Below are positions 11,111-24,066 of a stretch of DNA of 64,000 bases, piece by piece. Source of the stretch: Haliotis rubra. Taxonomy: Eukaryota. The stretch covers positions 9,052,001-9,116,000 of the forward strand of contig NW_025764891.1 of the NCBI RefSeq assembly GCF_003918875.1, in the 5' to 3' direction. The notes beneath the pieces were generated by a model that was given only the letters and a program-made list of their open reading frames with translations, did no database searches and had not been told where the DNA came from. Each line of letters begins with the position of its first letter. Within the stretch, counting starts at the first letter, position 1. Both the position numbers and the translations under genes were made by a program.

Positions 11111-14100
11111 ATGGCGGCTATATTGCAAAGCTTGCCGCAAGGTGAAACCATCAAACCATTTCCAAGTAGAAATACAAACGCAGTTGCTTTAATATACGAT
11201 GGAGTATTTTTTAAAATACTTTCAAGTTGTTCAATGAGTTCCTGGAATGTTATTTGGAGGGTAGCAATAAATCTTAATATATAATCGCAATCGCTCGTCC
11301 GGAATTCGTAGCTGTTATTCTTATAAACTTACATCAAAATTGTAAATATTTTTCATGGCCAGTGTATCCTCCAGCGTTGGAGTGGTATGATGCTAGCTGT
11401 GACACAGGCGCCATAAAACATTACAGTTTGCAGAAATAGTTTCAGATACGCATTCGTGTGGTCGGCGACAGTTGAATGATGTAACATAAACATGTCATAT
11501 TACTAATATACCATGTTCATGTTACATCATTCAACTACCGTGTGGTCGGCGACAGTTGAATGATGTAACATAAACATGGTATATTACTAATATACCAGGG
11601 GCGGATACAGCTTTTGGAGAAAGGGGGGGTGCACACTATTGAGAAAAGGAGGGGTGCACACTTGCACCCCCCTCTGGATCCGCCTATGAATATACCATGT
11701 TTATGTTACATCATTCAACTGTCGCCGACCACACGAATGCGAATGCGTATCTGAAACTAGTTAGGCGAGCACACCTTGGTATATAGTGCAAGGTCGTTTA
11801 GTTATATGCTGGACTATGTGGGCATGAGACCAGGACGAAACTCCACCAAAAACTAGAATTAGTACTTTTCTAAGAAAGTGTAATCCCATTATGACCTGGT
11901 ACATTTCACCTCTTTACGAAATGACAAAATTGACCCTAAACCGTTGAAACCATCCGCACGTTCATGTGTTTCAATTGCAACGAGACTTTTACAGCTACAA
12001 CTTCTGCAGTAACTGTTCCAGACATAACACTGTGTTTACCTGTTACGTTTAATCAATTTAGCAATGTTAATCATGTTGAAAGTGGAGAGATTTTCTCCTG
12101 AAAAGAATCTTTGTTTTGTTACAGTTTGTCATGTCACTGATGTTTTTGTTCAGGTTTCCAAGAAGCTATTACAGATGCAAGTCAGCTTCCTCAAGATATG
12201 CTTGCACAGATTGTGAGTAAAAAATAGAACTGCTGTAATACAAGTTTGCAACCCTCCTCCACCCTCATTCTATGATGAACAAGCAATATCGTAATTAAAC
12301 TTGTATTTATATAGGATTTTACCAGAATACATCTCATACCAATCAAAATTAAGAGTGGATGCAAATGACATCAACTGTTAGTCTCATTTGATGCAAAAGA
12401 AAATGAATATGGGTTGGTTGAAATTAGATTAGCTGATAATGTCAGATGGAGTAAATGCTGTCATAGTCCAGAGACCATATATGGTCTCTGCTTAGGACGA
12501 ACATTGCCATATTTGGGGAAGTGAAGTGACAGATGTTTGAAAGGTTCAATAATGTAATGATTGTCATGCAATTTTATGATAGCTTCAGCATCTTTTGGAT
12601 CATTCTTGCAGTGTTGGAATGTAGTTCCATCCCTTTAGGCAGGCCAGTAGCCTGTGGTTATTGGTCCCTGTTTGCATTGATTATGTTCCTGGGTTCATCA
12701 GTCGACACCAGACCCTTGCTCACAGTTAAAAAAATTACAATAGGAAAAATTAATTCTGCACCTTAATTCTGGATCATTGAGAATGAGTATGTCAGTATTC
12801 AAGAATATGAATATGTTAGAGCTGATGTGAAACGTGGTCCGATGTTGTGTTTGAAATTATTGCACTACTGTAATGAAATGCATGAATGTCTATTAAAATA
12901 ATCAGCGTCATGAGCATTGCTCTACTTATCGTATCCCAAATGTGCAGATCAATTAGGGCTGCACAATATAACCGGTTAACCAGTATTTACCGGTTCAGAC
13001 CTGAAAACGATACGTATTGCGATTCGCTGATCGAAAACCGGTACTTTGACATGCATTTGGAAAACTTCGTAAACTTCGTAATCTTCGGATATTTCGGTTT
13101 TTTTTTAATTGTTCTTTTCCCTGTTTCATTAGTGCCAAATGTTACTTACATTTTTATTTTGTCATGATTAAAAGTTTTTATAAAAGGTTAATCAATCATA
13201 GTGATTTTGTTGTGTTTTTGCTTTATAATCAAGCATTAACTCGATTATAAGTAGTTTTTGTTAACAAAATAATCCTTGCAATATATTGCAATACATATCG
13301 CAATATATGCTTCCACATTGCAATATATCGCAATATGAAAATTCTCTGCAATACCCACCCCTAAGATCAATGCTCATGATGTTGATCACCGGATTTTCTG
13401 GTCCAGACTCAATTATTTACAGATGGCCGCCATATAGCTAGAATGTTGCTGAGTGCAGCGTTAAACAAAAAACGAACAAACTATTAAACTACTTGTACTT
13501 CTCCAGATCTGTGCCAGTTTATTAATGCTAACACATTGAGATACTATGATGCAGTCTGACACGAATACCCCTGTCATTAAACTGACTCCAGACTGACCAT
13601 TCTTTGTTGTGTCCCCATAATGCTGACAGCCAAGTAGAAGACAGGGTCAAGGACAGCCAACCTGTTCTCGGGACAGACGTTCCCTTTAATAGACTATGGA
13701 GGCGGTATAAACAGTGTTTGAAATTTGCTTGACACTGCAACAGTCTAAGTAAACTTAGGCTCAGTATTATTTGTTACACTGCCATACTGATCAGTATTGC
13801 AATGTAAGGAAAAATACTGAGCCTAAGTTTACTTAGACTGGACCCTGCCAGCTCTTCTTAACTACTTTATTGCCAATTGCACAAATGGTTACTACCAGCT
13901 AGTTATTTCTGTCCGAGTGATGACTGTCAATGTATTTGAAAATATCTGGGAGAACTACTTCCAAGATGTTTTCAACAGAATAAATCATTATTATACCAAA
14001 GAAATAAAGAGATTCTCCTTCAAGTACTTCAATTATGGTCAAATTGGTTTTTTTCAGAAGGTCTTGGTAATTGTGTACAACTCATTCCCTATTGATGCAT

Positions 14101-17100
14101 GTTTTCAGTGCCAGGATGTTTCAACGTTTCTGCAGTACAAATCTGGTCCAGTAAAGCCAGAGAAGTATACACAGGTAACCTCCATCTCTTTAATACTCGC
14201 TGTTTCACAAGTGCTCAGACTTTGTGGTTAGTCCTGATGGAATGTAAAATGTATTCAGTTTGTAGCATAGAGGACTGGTTTAGAGTTACAGCTCTCAACA
14301 GCTACTAGTCTGTCTACACACTAGCGGTAATTTTGAGGGCTTCAGGTAAACATGTCGCAAGAGCTATCTTTATGTTTATAAAGCTGTGAATGCTAAAAGA
14401 ACTCTAGAAAGTCTGATAAAAATTATGATGATGACTCTATTAGTCTCAGGCTAACAGACTAGCATGATTTTTTAGGGCTTCCGGTGAACATATCGCAAGA
14501 AATATGTTAATGATTATGAAGCTGTTAAACGTAAATCTAAGAAAATTGATCATGTATTGTCTACTTGCATGCATTTAATAACCTGAGCATGCAACTTTCA
14601 AGACTGGCTAGTTATATTTTTGTGTCTCCAGCTTGTCTGTCTTGTTGGGAATTGAAGTACATTACTCATTACTCTTATTTGGCTATTTCCCTGATAGGTA
14701 GAATGAACACACAGATGTTGCAAGTGACAGTTACCATGGTAACAAAACAACAATGAGTCTGAGATTGTGTCATGTTGTGATTCCTGATTGACGACGTATC
14801 ACACTGACAGTTGACAATGTGTGTGTTCTAATATAGATGGTATCTTGCAGCTTCAGTTTCACAATGTCATGCAGGTTCATTGTGTACATCAGAGTTGCTC
14901 ATGATTTGGAAAAGCAAATGACAAAACAGGACAATTTTCATGGACAAGTGAAACATAGGTTGTTAAATCCATTGGTAGATCACAAAATACCTGGGGGTTA
15001 GTGATAGTTTATCTAAAGTAAGGAAAGGTTTACAGACCATTTATTTCTATGTATCAGTGTGCTTTCAAAATTACATTACATTTCAAAATTTAAGAAAAAC
15101 CTTTTGAAATTAAATTGAAAAGAAATGTAAACAAAATTAATTTTTTGTATAATATCAATTCATTCATGACCCTGTCCAATTATTTTTTTTTGTATGACCC
15201 TCCTTTGAAAACCCATATTTTTCCATGGCCCTCCTCTTATTCCCTCTGAAGCCCAATAATAAATAGCCCCTCCCTTGTTGATTATAAAGAAGTTATAAAG
15301 TTTAATAAAAAAGTTGTTGTTGTACGAAGAAAGGAACAAATATCATTTGTCAACCAAAGTTGAAAAATATTGTTGTGCTTTTACATTTTTCGTTCACTGA
15401 AGGTCATGAAAAAAATTGAAAAGGACATCTGAAGGGTCGAACAAAATTATGACAAGCATGAATTGAGGGGCTATACATCTTCAGGTACATTTGTGAATCA
15501 AACATGCCCCATGCCCCGACCAAACCCACACCACCCTGCCCCCCTGTCATAAATGACTGATCATTAACCTAAATTGTTTCACCTAAACACTAAATTGTTT
15601 TGTACATTTAAGTTTTGTATATGAATGTGACTATGGACAATATCACTTGTAAAAATATTGTTTCTGCCAAGAAACTTTTTCCTTAAAAAATAAGTAATGA
15701 AAACCTGTAGAATAAATATCTCTTGACTTATGAAACTCTTGTTTTTGACTGGTATGAATATATATGACATGTAATAAAACAATGTGTGCCATTCCCACTA
15801 TTAGAATGGTGATGTGATGTATAACATATACAAATACACTGTGTGTTAAGCTAGCATACATTCATAGCACATTATGTATTTGATTCTTGCAGCTATTGGA
15901 AGCCGCCTCAGCAAGTCCAACCAAGGTCTCAATGAATAGTGTTGTGAATGCTCTCACCTATATACTTCGGTAAGTTGCCTGATAAATGGTAAGATGGTAA
16001 TGATTACGATGTTGGATGTTGTTGTTATGGTGACAATGATGATGATGGTGGGGGTGGAGGTGATAATGATGTTTTAGAATGTCTTAATGATGATGAAGAT
16101 GACGATGATGATGTAGTTGATGTGGGTTTGGTGATGTGATGATGATATTGATTATGATGATCAGATGAAAATGATGATAATGATGTTGATGGCGATGATG
16201 ATTATGATGATGATCCTTCCTAATGGCTGTGATGTTATCTTAGATTTTGCATCTGGTTTGATTCTCAGATCGGCTGCAGCATTAAAGCTAGATGGCGAGG
16301 AATTTCAAAATCAGCTGATCACATCAGATATTTTCACAAAGGATGTTTTGGACACACTGGTGCACACCTGGAGGGAGCAGGTAAGGGGGAATGTACGATC
16401 ATATTTAGCTGACATGTACAGATCCTGCAGCTCTTATTGAAAAGAATAACTAAATCTCTTCACTATGTGAGTGAGAGTTGTTCCATTCACTGGTGAAAGA
16501 CATTCAAAGAAAGTACTTGTTGTTACCTTGCACTCAGAATTGAGTAAATGTGACAAGCCCTCGTGGGCTTTGAATATGTCTTATTGATAATATGGGTTCG
16601 ATTCCTCTCATAGGTACAAAGTGTGAAGCTCATTCCTGATGTCCCCCACCATAATATTGCTGGAATATTGCTAAAAGCCACATAAACACATACTCACTCA
16701 CTCACACACGCTTGACGTTTCATATTTCTTTGTCAGGGGAGACAACTCATGGAAACAACATCACAACTGCAATGCTTGAACGTGGGACAGGTTAGTATCA
16801 TATACAATCATTGGTCATGCTGATAAAAACTGATCTACAGAAGATCTCTGGCAACGTTTTGAGCTGAGTTTTGTTGGTTAATTTGATGCCTATGCTACTA
16901 CAGTGGAAACCTGATAAGTAAAATTTCAAGGGACTCACCAAAATTGTTTACTTATCAGGTATTTTACTTATCCAAACTTATAAAAACTGGCAAATGACAA
17001 CCGTATGCATGTATATGTAACAATGAACAACTTATCAGGGCTGGCCTTCAGTTGTCGGTGTATTGTCAACTGCGTGCTGCCAGTGAGCTGTAAGTAGGAT

Positions 17101-19080
17101 GTTTGTTTGACTGGAGACTGACACGTGCCCCTCATGTCGGATTACGTGGTAATCACTAATTTAGTTATCTGGTCTCTTTTGTTAAGTAATTTACTTCCAG
17201 GGACCGTGAGAAGACGTTTAGTTAAGCGGTATTGTTTACTTATCCAAGTTTAGTTAACCAGACTCTAATAGTGATAATTAATGAAGAAATTTGCCGGGAC
17301 CAAAGAATAGTGTTTACTAATCAGGTCAGTTTAGTTAAGCGGTCTTTACTTCTGCGGTTTCCACTGTATCTCTATTTACAGTTACCACTCTGTAACTTCA
17401 GTTGAATTACAGTGTGTGTTTTCACATAGTATTAGAATGGCGATAATCTTCTGTTCTTATCCTTCTCTGTCAGCGTTGTCAGCATATTCACAGTCATGCT
17501 ATAAACACAAGCAGAATGTTGAGTCTCGACACAACAGTGCTTCACGATATATATGTGATGTAACATATCTTATATACTCTTACAAAAAAAGTAGGGGAAC
17601 TTCATTGTTAATTTACAATTGAAAAATTGGGAGATATTTCAGAGTCAGTCAATGTTGATATGATAATAATGAATGTTGTGAGAGTGCATCACCACCTGCA
17701 CTTCGTTACGACCATAGTTGTTTGTACAGTAATCGCTCTTGAAAGATGATTGGTTTATGATGTGAAATTTGCATGTGTACGATTTTCATTTTCAAACCAA
17801 ATAACCCGGCTAGAAACAAACACTTACAAGTGTGTGATGCAAGATGATTGTCAAGATTAATGGTCTACAGTGATTTTTCGACCTTCTTCATGTTCTTGTA
17901 AACCGCCAAAATCAAGAATGACACCCCATGCTCGTGTATGGGGCTACTGCGTTCATCCCATGAGTTGTGTTTAAGGGTGGTGCAAAAGAGAAATGGCGGT
18001 TTGTTCTTAAGATGTTTGTCTTTGAAAAGTTTGTTAATGCTTAAATTTCCTATCCAAATTGAAACTTCAGGTTCCACTACTTTTTTTTAAGAGTATATGT
18101 GGGATCACACTTTATCAGTAAAGTGCAGATTCTAGGGTTTTTGGGGGTTGTTCAATCGCATTCAACTACCTTCGATTTTTTGTAATTGATAAGTTTTATT
18201 ATCTGTGTCTTTATCAGACTGGATTGTCATGCCCGCGGTCACGTCATAAGGTGCAGATAACTCTAAATGACAAAACTGGAAAATGGCGTATTCATTCATT
18301 GCTTGAATGAACATGTAATCAAATGAAAACCATACATTTTGAGCACTCAATCCCTCACTCCCTTGATCCCCAGCTGCTGGACCTGCAGTGGAGAGTGGGT
18401 GTGGCCATTAGTTCCGATGACTGCAAGAGCCTCAACTCCCCCCACCATCACCCTCCTCCTCACCATCGCTGAGACAGGTGGCAGCATCACCAAACACTCC
18501 GTGGAGATGACGCTCACCCAGTTTAGGGTAGGTGCTGCCATCTTGGACAACAAATGAGTTTCTTTGAAATGCTGGGAATTAATTTTATTCATATAACATG
18601 TATAGGTGTTTGAAGCAAACATGTTTAAAACAGCTAGCTGTTGATCTCTGAATTTGACCCTCAGCATGTTTAACATAGATGTTGAAATGCACAAATGATA
18701 CACATCGCACATCACTGATCATGAAGGTGAAATATATTTTTGGCAAACTTGGCAAATTCAGCCATAATGCATTGCTGTGGTAGCCATGTTATCTGGCACC
18801 TCACACAATTGAGATTGTTTTCATGCATTATTCTTCTTAGATGTAGTTAGAATGTATGCTATATTTTGGAGTTTATTATTTATCTTGTTTTGTTATAATA
18901 TGACTTAATATTGAAAATAATTAAAAACAATTTTATGAACTATAAATCCTCAGAGCTATATCTTTCTGTGACAGTAAATATATGTCAGAAATGTGTACAA
19001 CTTTAGGCATTGTCTTCATTCTGTTTCAGAATTTTTCCCGGCAGTTAAAAGAAATGGCAGTGTTGATGGAGACAGTTTGA
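11111..19080 (+). CDS. COMMD6: COMM domain-containing protein 6, 8 exons, about 200 aa (apparent +1 frameshift in exon 7)
   Basis: GT-AG exons 11111-11141, 12154-12212, 14109-14174, 15893-15969, 16269-16380, 16737-16790, 18374-18527 and 19030-19080. C-terminus LLDLQWRVGVAISSDDCKSLNSP/TITLLLTIAETGGSITKHSVEMTLTQFR-NFSRQLKEMAVLMETV matches the COMMD6 COMM domain (DFQWKLGMAVSSDTCRSL...FEMTIPQFQNFYRQFKEIAAVIETV). Total 604 nt, i.e. one extra C in the run at 18438-18443. Confidence 0.88.
11437..11760. mobile_element. MITE with long TIRs, carrying a nested small hAT-like element (11596-11688)
   Basis: TAGTTTCAGATACGCATTCGTGTGGTCGGCGACAG... is inverted at the right end; inner CAGGGGCGGAT...ATCCGCCTATG is flanked by AATATAC. 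Confidence 0.7.
12954..13363. mobile_element. Non-autonomous hAT element inserted in a family B SINE
   Basis: TAGGG...CCCTA ends; 8-bp TSD AGATCAAT (12946-12953 and 13364-13371); the flanks rejoin into SINE sequence. Confidence 0.85.
16000..16215. repeat. Degenerate (GAT)n microsatellite in COMMD6 intron 4
   Basis: Visible GAT-rich tract. Confidence 0.75.
16901..17366. mobile_element. Non-autonomous Tc1/mariner (pogo/Tigger-like) element
   Basis: TIR CAGTGGAAACC...GGTTTCCACTG with TA on both sides. Confidence 0.82.
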
Positions 19081-19407
19081 CGAATGCTAACCTCAGCTGT
19101 TTTCAAACTGACAGGGATAAAGATACCAGTTAATTCCATTTTATATTGACACAAGTCTATCATTACCATAGCAACCAGTGTTTATTTGTGTGGCACATGA
19201 TCCTGCATCTCCTATATACTACTATTAAATACAGGGCTTTCTTGGCAGTGGGGTAGCACAGTGGTTAAAGTGTTTGCTTGCCTTGCTGAAGGTCCAGGTT
19301 CCTTTCCTTAATATTAGTCCAGTGGTTGATATGCATTTTAGGAGTCCCCTGCCATGACATTGCTGGAATACTGTTAAAAGTGGCCTCATACCATACTCAT
19401 TCATTAA

Positions 19408-19573
19408 GGGGCGGTGGGGTAGCCTAGTGGTTAAAGCGTTGGCTCGTCACGCCGAAGACCCGGGTTCAATTCCCCACATGGGCACAATGTGTTAAGCCCA
19501 TTTTCTGGTGTCCCCCGCCGTGATATTGCTGGAATATTGCTAAAAGCGGCGTAAAACTAAACTCAGTCAGTCA
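19408..19573 (+). mobile_element. Family A SINE, full length
   Basis: Consensus copy flanked by CATTCATTAA, inserted in the tail of an older family A copy. Confidence 0.9.
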
Positions 19574-20059
19574 GCCCATTCATTAACTATTTGGCTGTCT
19601 TGGTTAAACAGTGAAGATCTGTTTTTTTAGAATTGTTCTTCAGTAACCCATGCTTGTCGTAAGAGGTGACTGGCGGGATCAGGTGGTCAGGCTCGTTGAC
19701 TTGGTTGACACCTGTCATCGTATCCCAATTGTGTAGATTGATGCTGATGCTGTTGATCACTGGATTGTCTGGTCCAGACTCGATTATTTACAGACTGCCG
19801 CCGTATAGCTGGAATATTGCTGAGTGCGGCATAAAACTAAACACACTCACTCACTACACAAAATACGATAAAAAGATTGTATTTGTTGTTTCCCTGTCTG
19901 GTAGGTATCGGAATGGGTCAGCACAATGAATCAGGCATTGGTCCTGATGAGTACAAGCAAGCACAAACACACGTGCATATGTGTCGCAATATGCAGGTAT
20001 ATGGGGTGATTGACAGTCAGGAGAACCATGTTTATACCCCTTATCTTCAACATTGGGGG

Positions 20060-20812
20060 GACCCGTGAAGATCCGGGGTAGAATAGGTCTTCAGCAACCC
20101 ATGTGCTTGCCATAAAAAGGCGACTATCTTGTCGTAAGAGGCGACTAACGGGATCGGGTGGTCACTTTCGCTGACTTGGTTGACACATGTCATCGGTTCC
20201 CAATTGCGCAGATCGATGCTCATGCTGTTGATCACTGGATTGTCTGGTCCAGACTCGATTATTTACAGACCGCCGCCATATAGCTGGAATATTGCTGAGT
20301 GCGGCTTAAAACTAAACTCACTCACTCACTCAACATTGGGGGCGGTGGGGTAGCCTAGTGGTTAAAGCGTTGGCTCGTCACGCCGAAGACCCGGGTTCGA
20401 ATCCCCACATGGGTACAATGTGTGAAGCCCATTTCTGGTGTCCCCCGCCGTGATGTTGCTGGAATATTGCTAAAAGCGGCGTAAAACCAAACTCATTCAG
20501 TCATTTCAACATTGATGTTAGTTCAACTACTTAACAGTAAGGACCCGTGAAGATCCGGGGTAGAAAAGATCTTCATCAACCCATGCTTGCCACAAAAGGC
20601 GACTATGCTTGTCATAAGAGGCGACTAACGGGATCGGATGGTCAGGCTTGCTGACTTGGTTGACACATGTCATCGGTTCCCAATTGCACAGATCGATGCT
20701 CATGCTGTTGATCACTGGATTGTTTGGTCCAGACTCGATTATTTGCAGACCGCTGCCAAAAAGGTGGAATATTGCTGAGTGCGGCGTAAAACTAAACTCA
20801 CTCACTCACTCA
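20060..20812 (+). mobile_element. SINE cluster: family B (20060-20330), family A (20338-20503), family B (20541-20812)
   Basis: TSDs TCAACATTGGGGG, TCAACATTG and TAACAGTAAG respectively. Confidence 0.9.
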
Positions 20813-21185
20813 CCTAACAGTAAGACAACAGCTCAGTGTGGTGTACACTTATGCTCAGCTGCCATCATAGAAGCAATATTGGTTGATTCCTGCATAAAAA
20901 TATTAGTACATGAATTTTGAAAATATTTAATTCTGATTGGCCTATCCGAGGTTACAAATCACAATAACCACTTCTGATTGAATCAGCAACTTAGATTTAA
21001 GGCAATATGTCATCATTCCTTTCACATTAGGTTTGTGTACTCTACAACAAAGAGTGTTGTGGAAACAAACCTGTGAAGTACTGACCATGGAGAAATAACT
21101 TGTGGATTAACTTGGCCACTGTTGAATGTGGAGGCTCTGCCAGACATCAATAAGTACAAAATTAATTATTTGCTGATAAACACTG

Positions 21186-21635
21186 TAGTGTTGGGAATTG
21201 GATAAAATCTCATAATTGATGATTGGTTCAATACAACCGATCAATCATCGAAAATAATTGGTCAGCATCATTTATCAAATGTTTCTGGTTATGTTTGTTA
21301 CTGCACAAAAAACAAAGAAAAAACATGTAGTTCTTATGAGTCATTTTGCAAATTCCACAAAATGCATGTGCAAATTTAACATCTTTAAAGGATGACTAGT
21401 ATGTTAGGAACATAAATTTCCAGGAGTCTTTAAGATAAATTCAATCCTGACTTGGAACGAGCTTGTAATGTTTATGAAATGTAACAGACAAAACCAACCT
21501 TGTGAAAAATATTGTTAATGCAAACAAGTGTTCCAGAATTGTTTGTGTTCGATTATGAGAAAACATGATCGATTGCTTGGTCGTTTAGTCATTGCGACCA
21601 ATCTTCGATTATTTCAATTAATCGGACCACCACTA
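21186..21635. mobile_element. Non-autonomous hAT element
   Basis: TAGTG...CACTA ends with 8-bp TSD AAACACTG (21178-21185 and 21636-21643). Confidence 0.75.
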
Positions 21636-23919
21636 AAACACTGTCAGTAATCAATACTTATATATGAATGATTATTTATGATACTCAATGGTGCTGCGTG
21701 TTGCTACTTTTTGTTTTGTGTTGCATTGTCAAAAATTAAATCTTGTGTTCAATATATAGAAACAATAAGACAGGAACTGAGAGTGTGAGTGAGTGAGTTT
21801 AGGTTTTCGCCGCACCCAGTACTATTCCGGCTTTATGGCTGTGGTTTGTAAATAGTCAAGTCCCGACCAGTCAAACCAGGGATCAACTGCATGAACATCG
21901 ATCTACGCAATTGGGATACGATAACATGTGTCAACCCAGTCAACAAGCCTGACTACCTGATCCTGTTAGTCGCCTCTCACGACAAGCATGGGTTACTGAA
22001 GATCAATTCTAACCCGGATCTTCACAGATGGAAGTGAGAGACTGTGGAAGTGAAGTTGAAGACAGACAGTGCTTGAATGTCTGATGGTGACAATGATGCC
22101 ATGCTCATGTTAACAGAACTGTTAAGTGTTTGTTTACTGTTATGATCTTAATATTTGTTAAAATCAGTGAGGTAGCCCAGTGGTTTAACCATTCGCTTTT
22201 CATGCTGAAGACCCAGTTTTGAATCCCCACAGAGGTACAATGTGTGAAGCAATGTGGTGTTTCTCATGGTGGTATTTCTAGAATATTGCTAAAAGTGGTG
22301 CAAATCCATACTCACTCACTCACTCACTATTAGTGATAGTATCAAAATTGATTCTCTCTTGAGTGGGGTTCGATTCCCCACATGGGTACAATGTATGAAG
22401 CCCATTTCTGGTGTCCCCAGTCGTGCTATTGCTGAATATTGCTAAAAGCGGGGTAAAACCAAACTCACTCACTAACTTTTGAGGAAATGTGGGTTAGCCA
22501 AGTGGATAGTGCTGCCACTCATTATGATAGTAATGTTTGCTCGGAATACTGAATATAATACTTAGAGTTAAGAAACTCAGTAATCTTAAGAGTGCCTACT
22601 TACATCAACTCCAAACGAATGAAAATGTACTGTTCCATGTCAGTATCAAATACTATTCACATGACAACATCTTCACATATACATTCAGCCCCCACTGAGA
22701 AGGTCAGAATATCCCCATCAAAAGTTGTCAGGTATACAACTATACAAATAGAAGAAAGACAAAGCATTTGATAGGGATATTTTAATGTTTCTTTAGCAGT
22801 TAGACATAGCATCATGTGTATATGAAATATGAAAGATGAAGAGATCTTACACTGTTCCACTTTTGAAGTCTTTGTTGGATATTTTTATCTCGTAAACAGC
22901 TACAGAAAACTGATTCTCATTGTTTCAAATGTATATTTATTGTTTAAGACATCCAATTATCTTTACCTAAAATTGAGTAGTATATTGAGTAGTATATACT
23001 GTTATTTGTCAGCTTGAGGCATTTTGATATTTGGTTATTATGACACCATGACAGGTGTTTATTTGGTGAGTGTGCATAATGATATTTGCTTTTTATACTA
23101 TTGAGACATGATACATAGTCCAGCTTTTTTATGTGTATCATATGTATCCAGATCTGACAGAAACCCCATGTGTTTTAAAGCTTTGAATTTCAGGGATTTT
23201 GAAATGACATTGTTCTTTGACTCTCCAGTGAACACCACCTGTCATATTTGCTTATACTTTCATATATCCTAGCAGAGAAAATATACTGTGCTTCCTATTA
23301 AATGGTGAGAGGTTTATGTTTTCCAGTGTAACAGCATACATATGTACAACAGTGTTATACTCATTATTAACCGGTTTTGAAAGGCTAAAAAACTAAATTA
23401 AACTCTGTATCCAGTTTGTCTAGTTACTACCGGTATCTTACATCACATTCAGTGAAGTCCGTTTCACATGAAATTGCATGGAAATGAAACTATAAGGACA
23501 AGAAGACTCTGGAATAGAACCTTCTTGTCATTATGTTTTTGTCAGCTTTTACAACAAAGGACGATGCCATTAAGAGATCTTATTATAGCCAACTACTGGG
23601 TATAAAGTAATATCTTATGTGTTGTGTTCCTGAGTAATATCATTTACTTTTGATATTCATGCAACTAAAGACTGTTCAGGACATGGAATAATTCTTTGGG
23701 AAATGTTTATGAAATTAAGTTATTGTTTTTCACTACACACCATCCCACCCAGTATTCATAATCCCTTTTTTTGTTCAGTGAAGAATATTTAATTTTTATA
23801 TTAACTCATTTGATAAAGACACATGGAATCCTAAAGATCTGTTTTGAAAATGTGGTAGTACATTGTGTCTGTGTTTTTTATATATTTTATTTATTTACAA
23901 TGGACTGTCCATTCACTTG

Positions 23920-24066
23920 TTTAGTGTTATGATGCTTGATTGACCTGTTCAGTGTTATGACACTTGATTGACCTGTTCAGTGTTATGACACTTGATTGAC
24001 CTGTTCAGTGTTATGACACGTGATTTACTTGTTCAGTGTTATGACACTTGATTCACTTTTCAGTGT
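23920..24066. repeat. 28-bp tandem repeat, about 5 copies
   Basis: TGTTCAGTGTTATGACACTTGATTGACC. Confidence 0.8.

Noticed and set aside
18438-18443. Programmed ribosomal frameshift in COMMD6
   Set aside because: No canonical slippery heptamer or stimulatory structure was seen; a homopolymer error is more parsimonious.
19666-20920. Recurrent ORFs such as [28 protein letters not shown]
   Set aside because: Chance frames in multi-copy family B elements.
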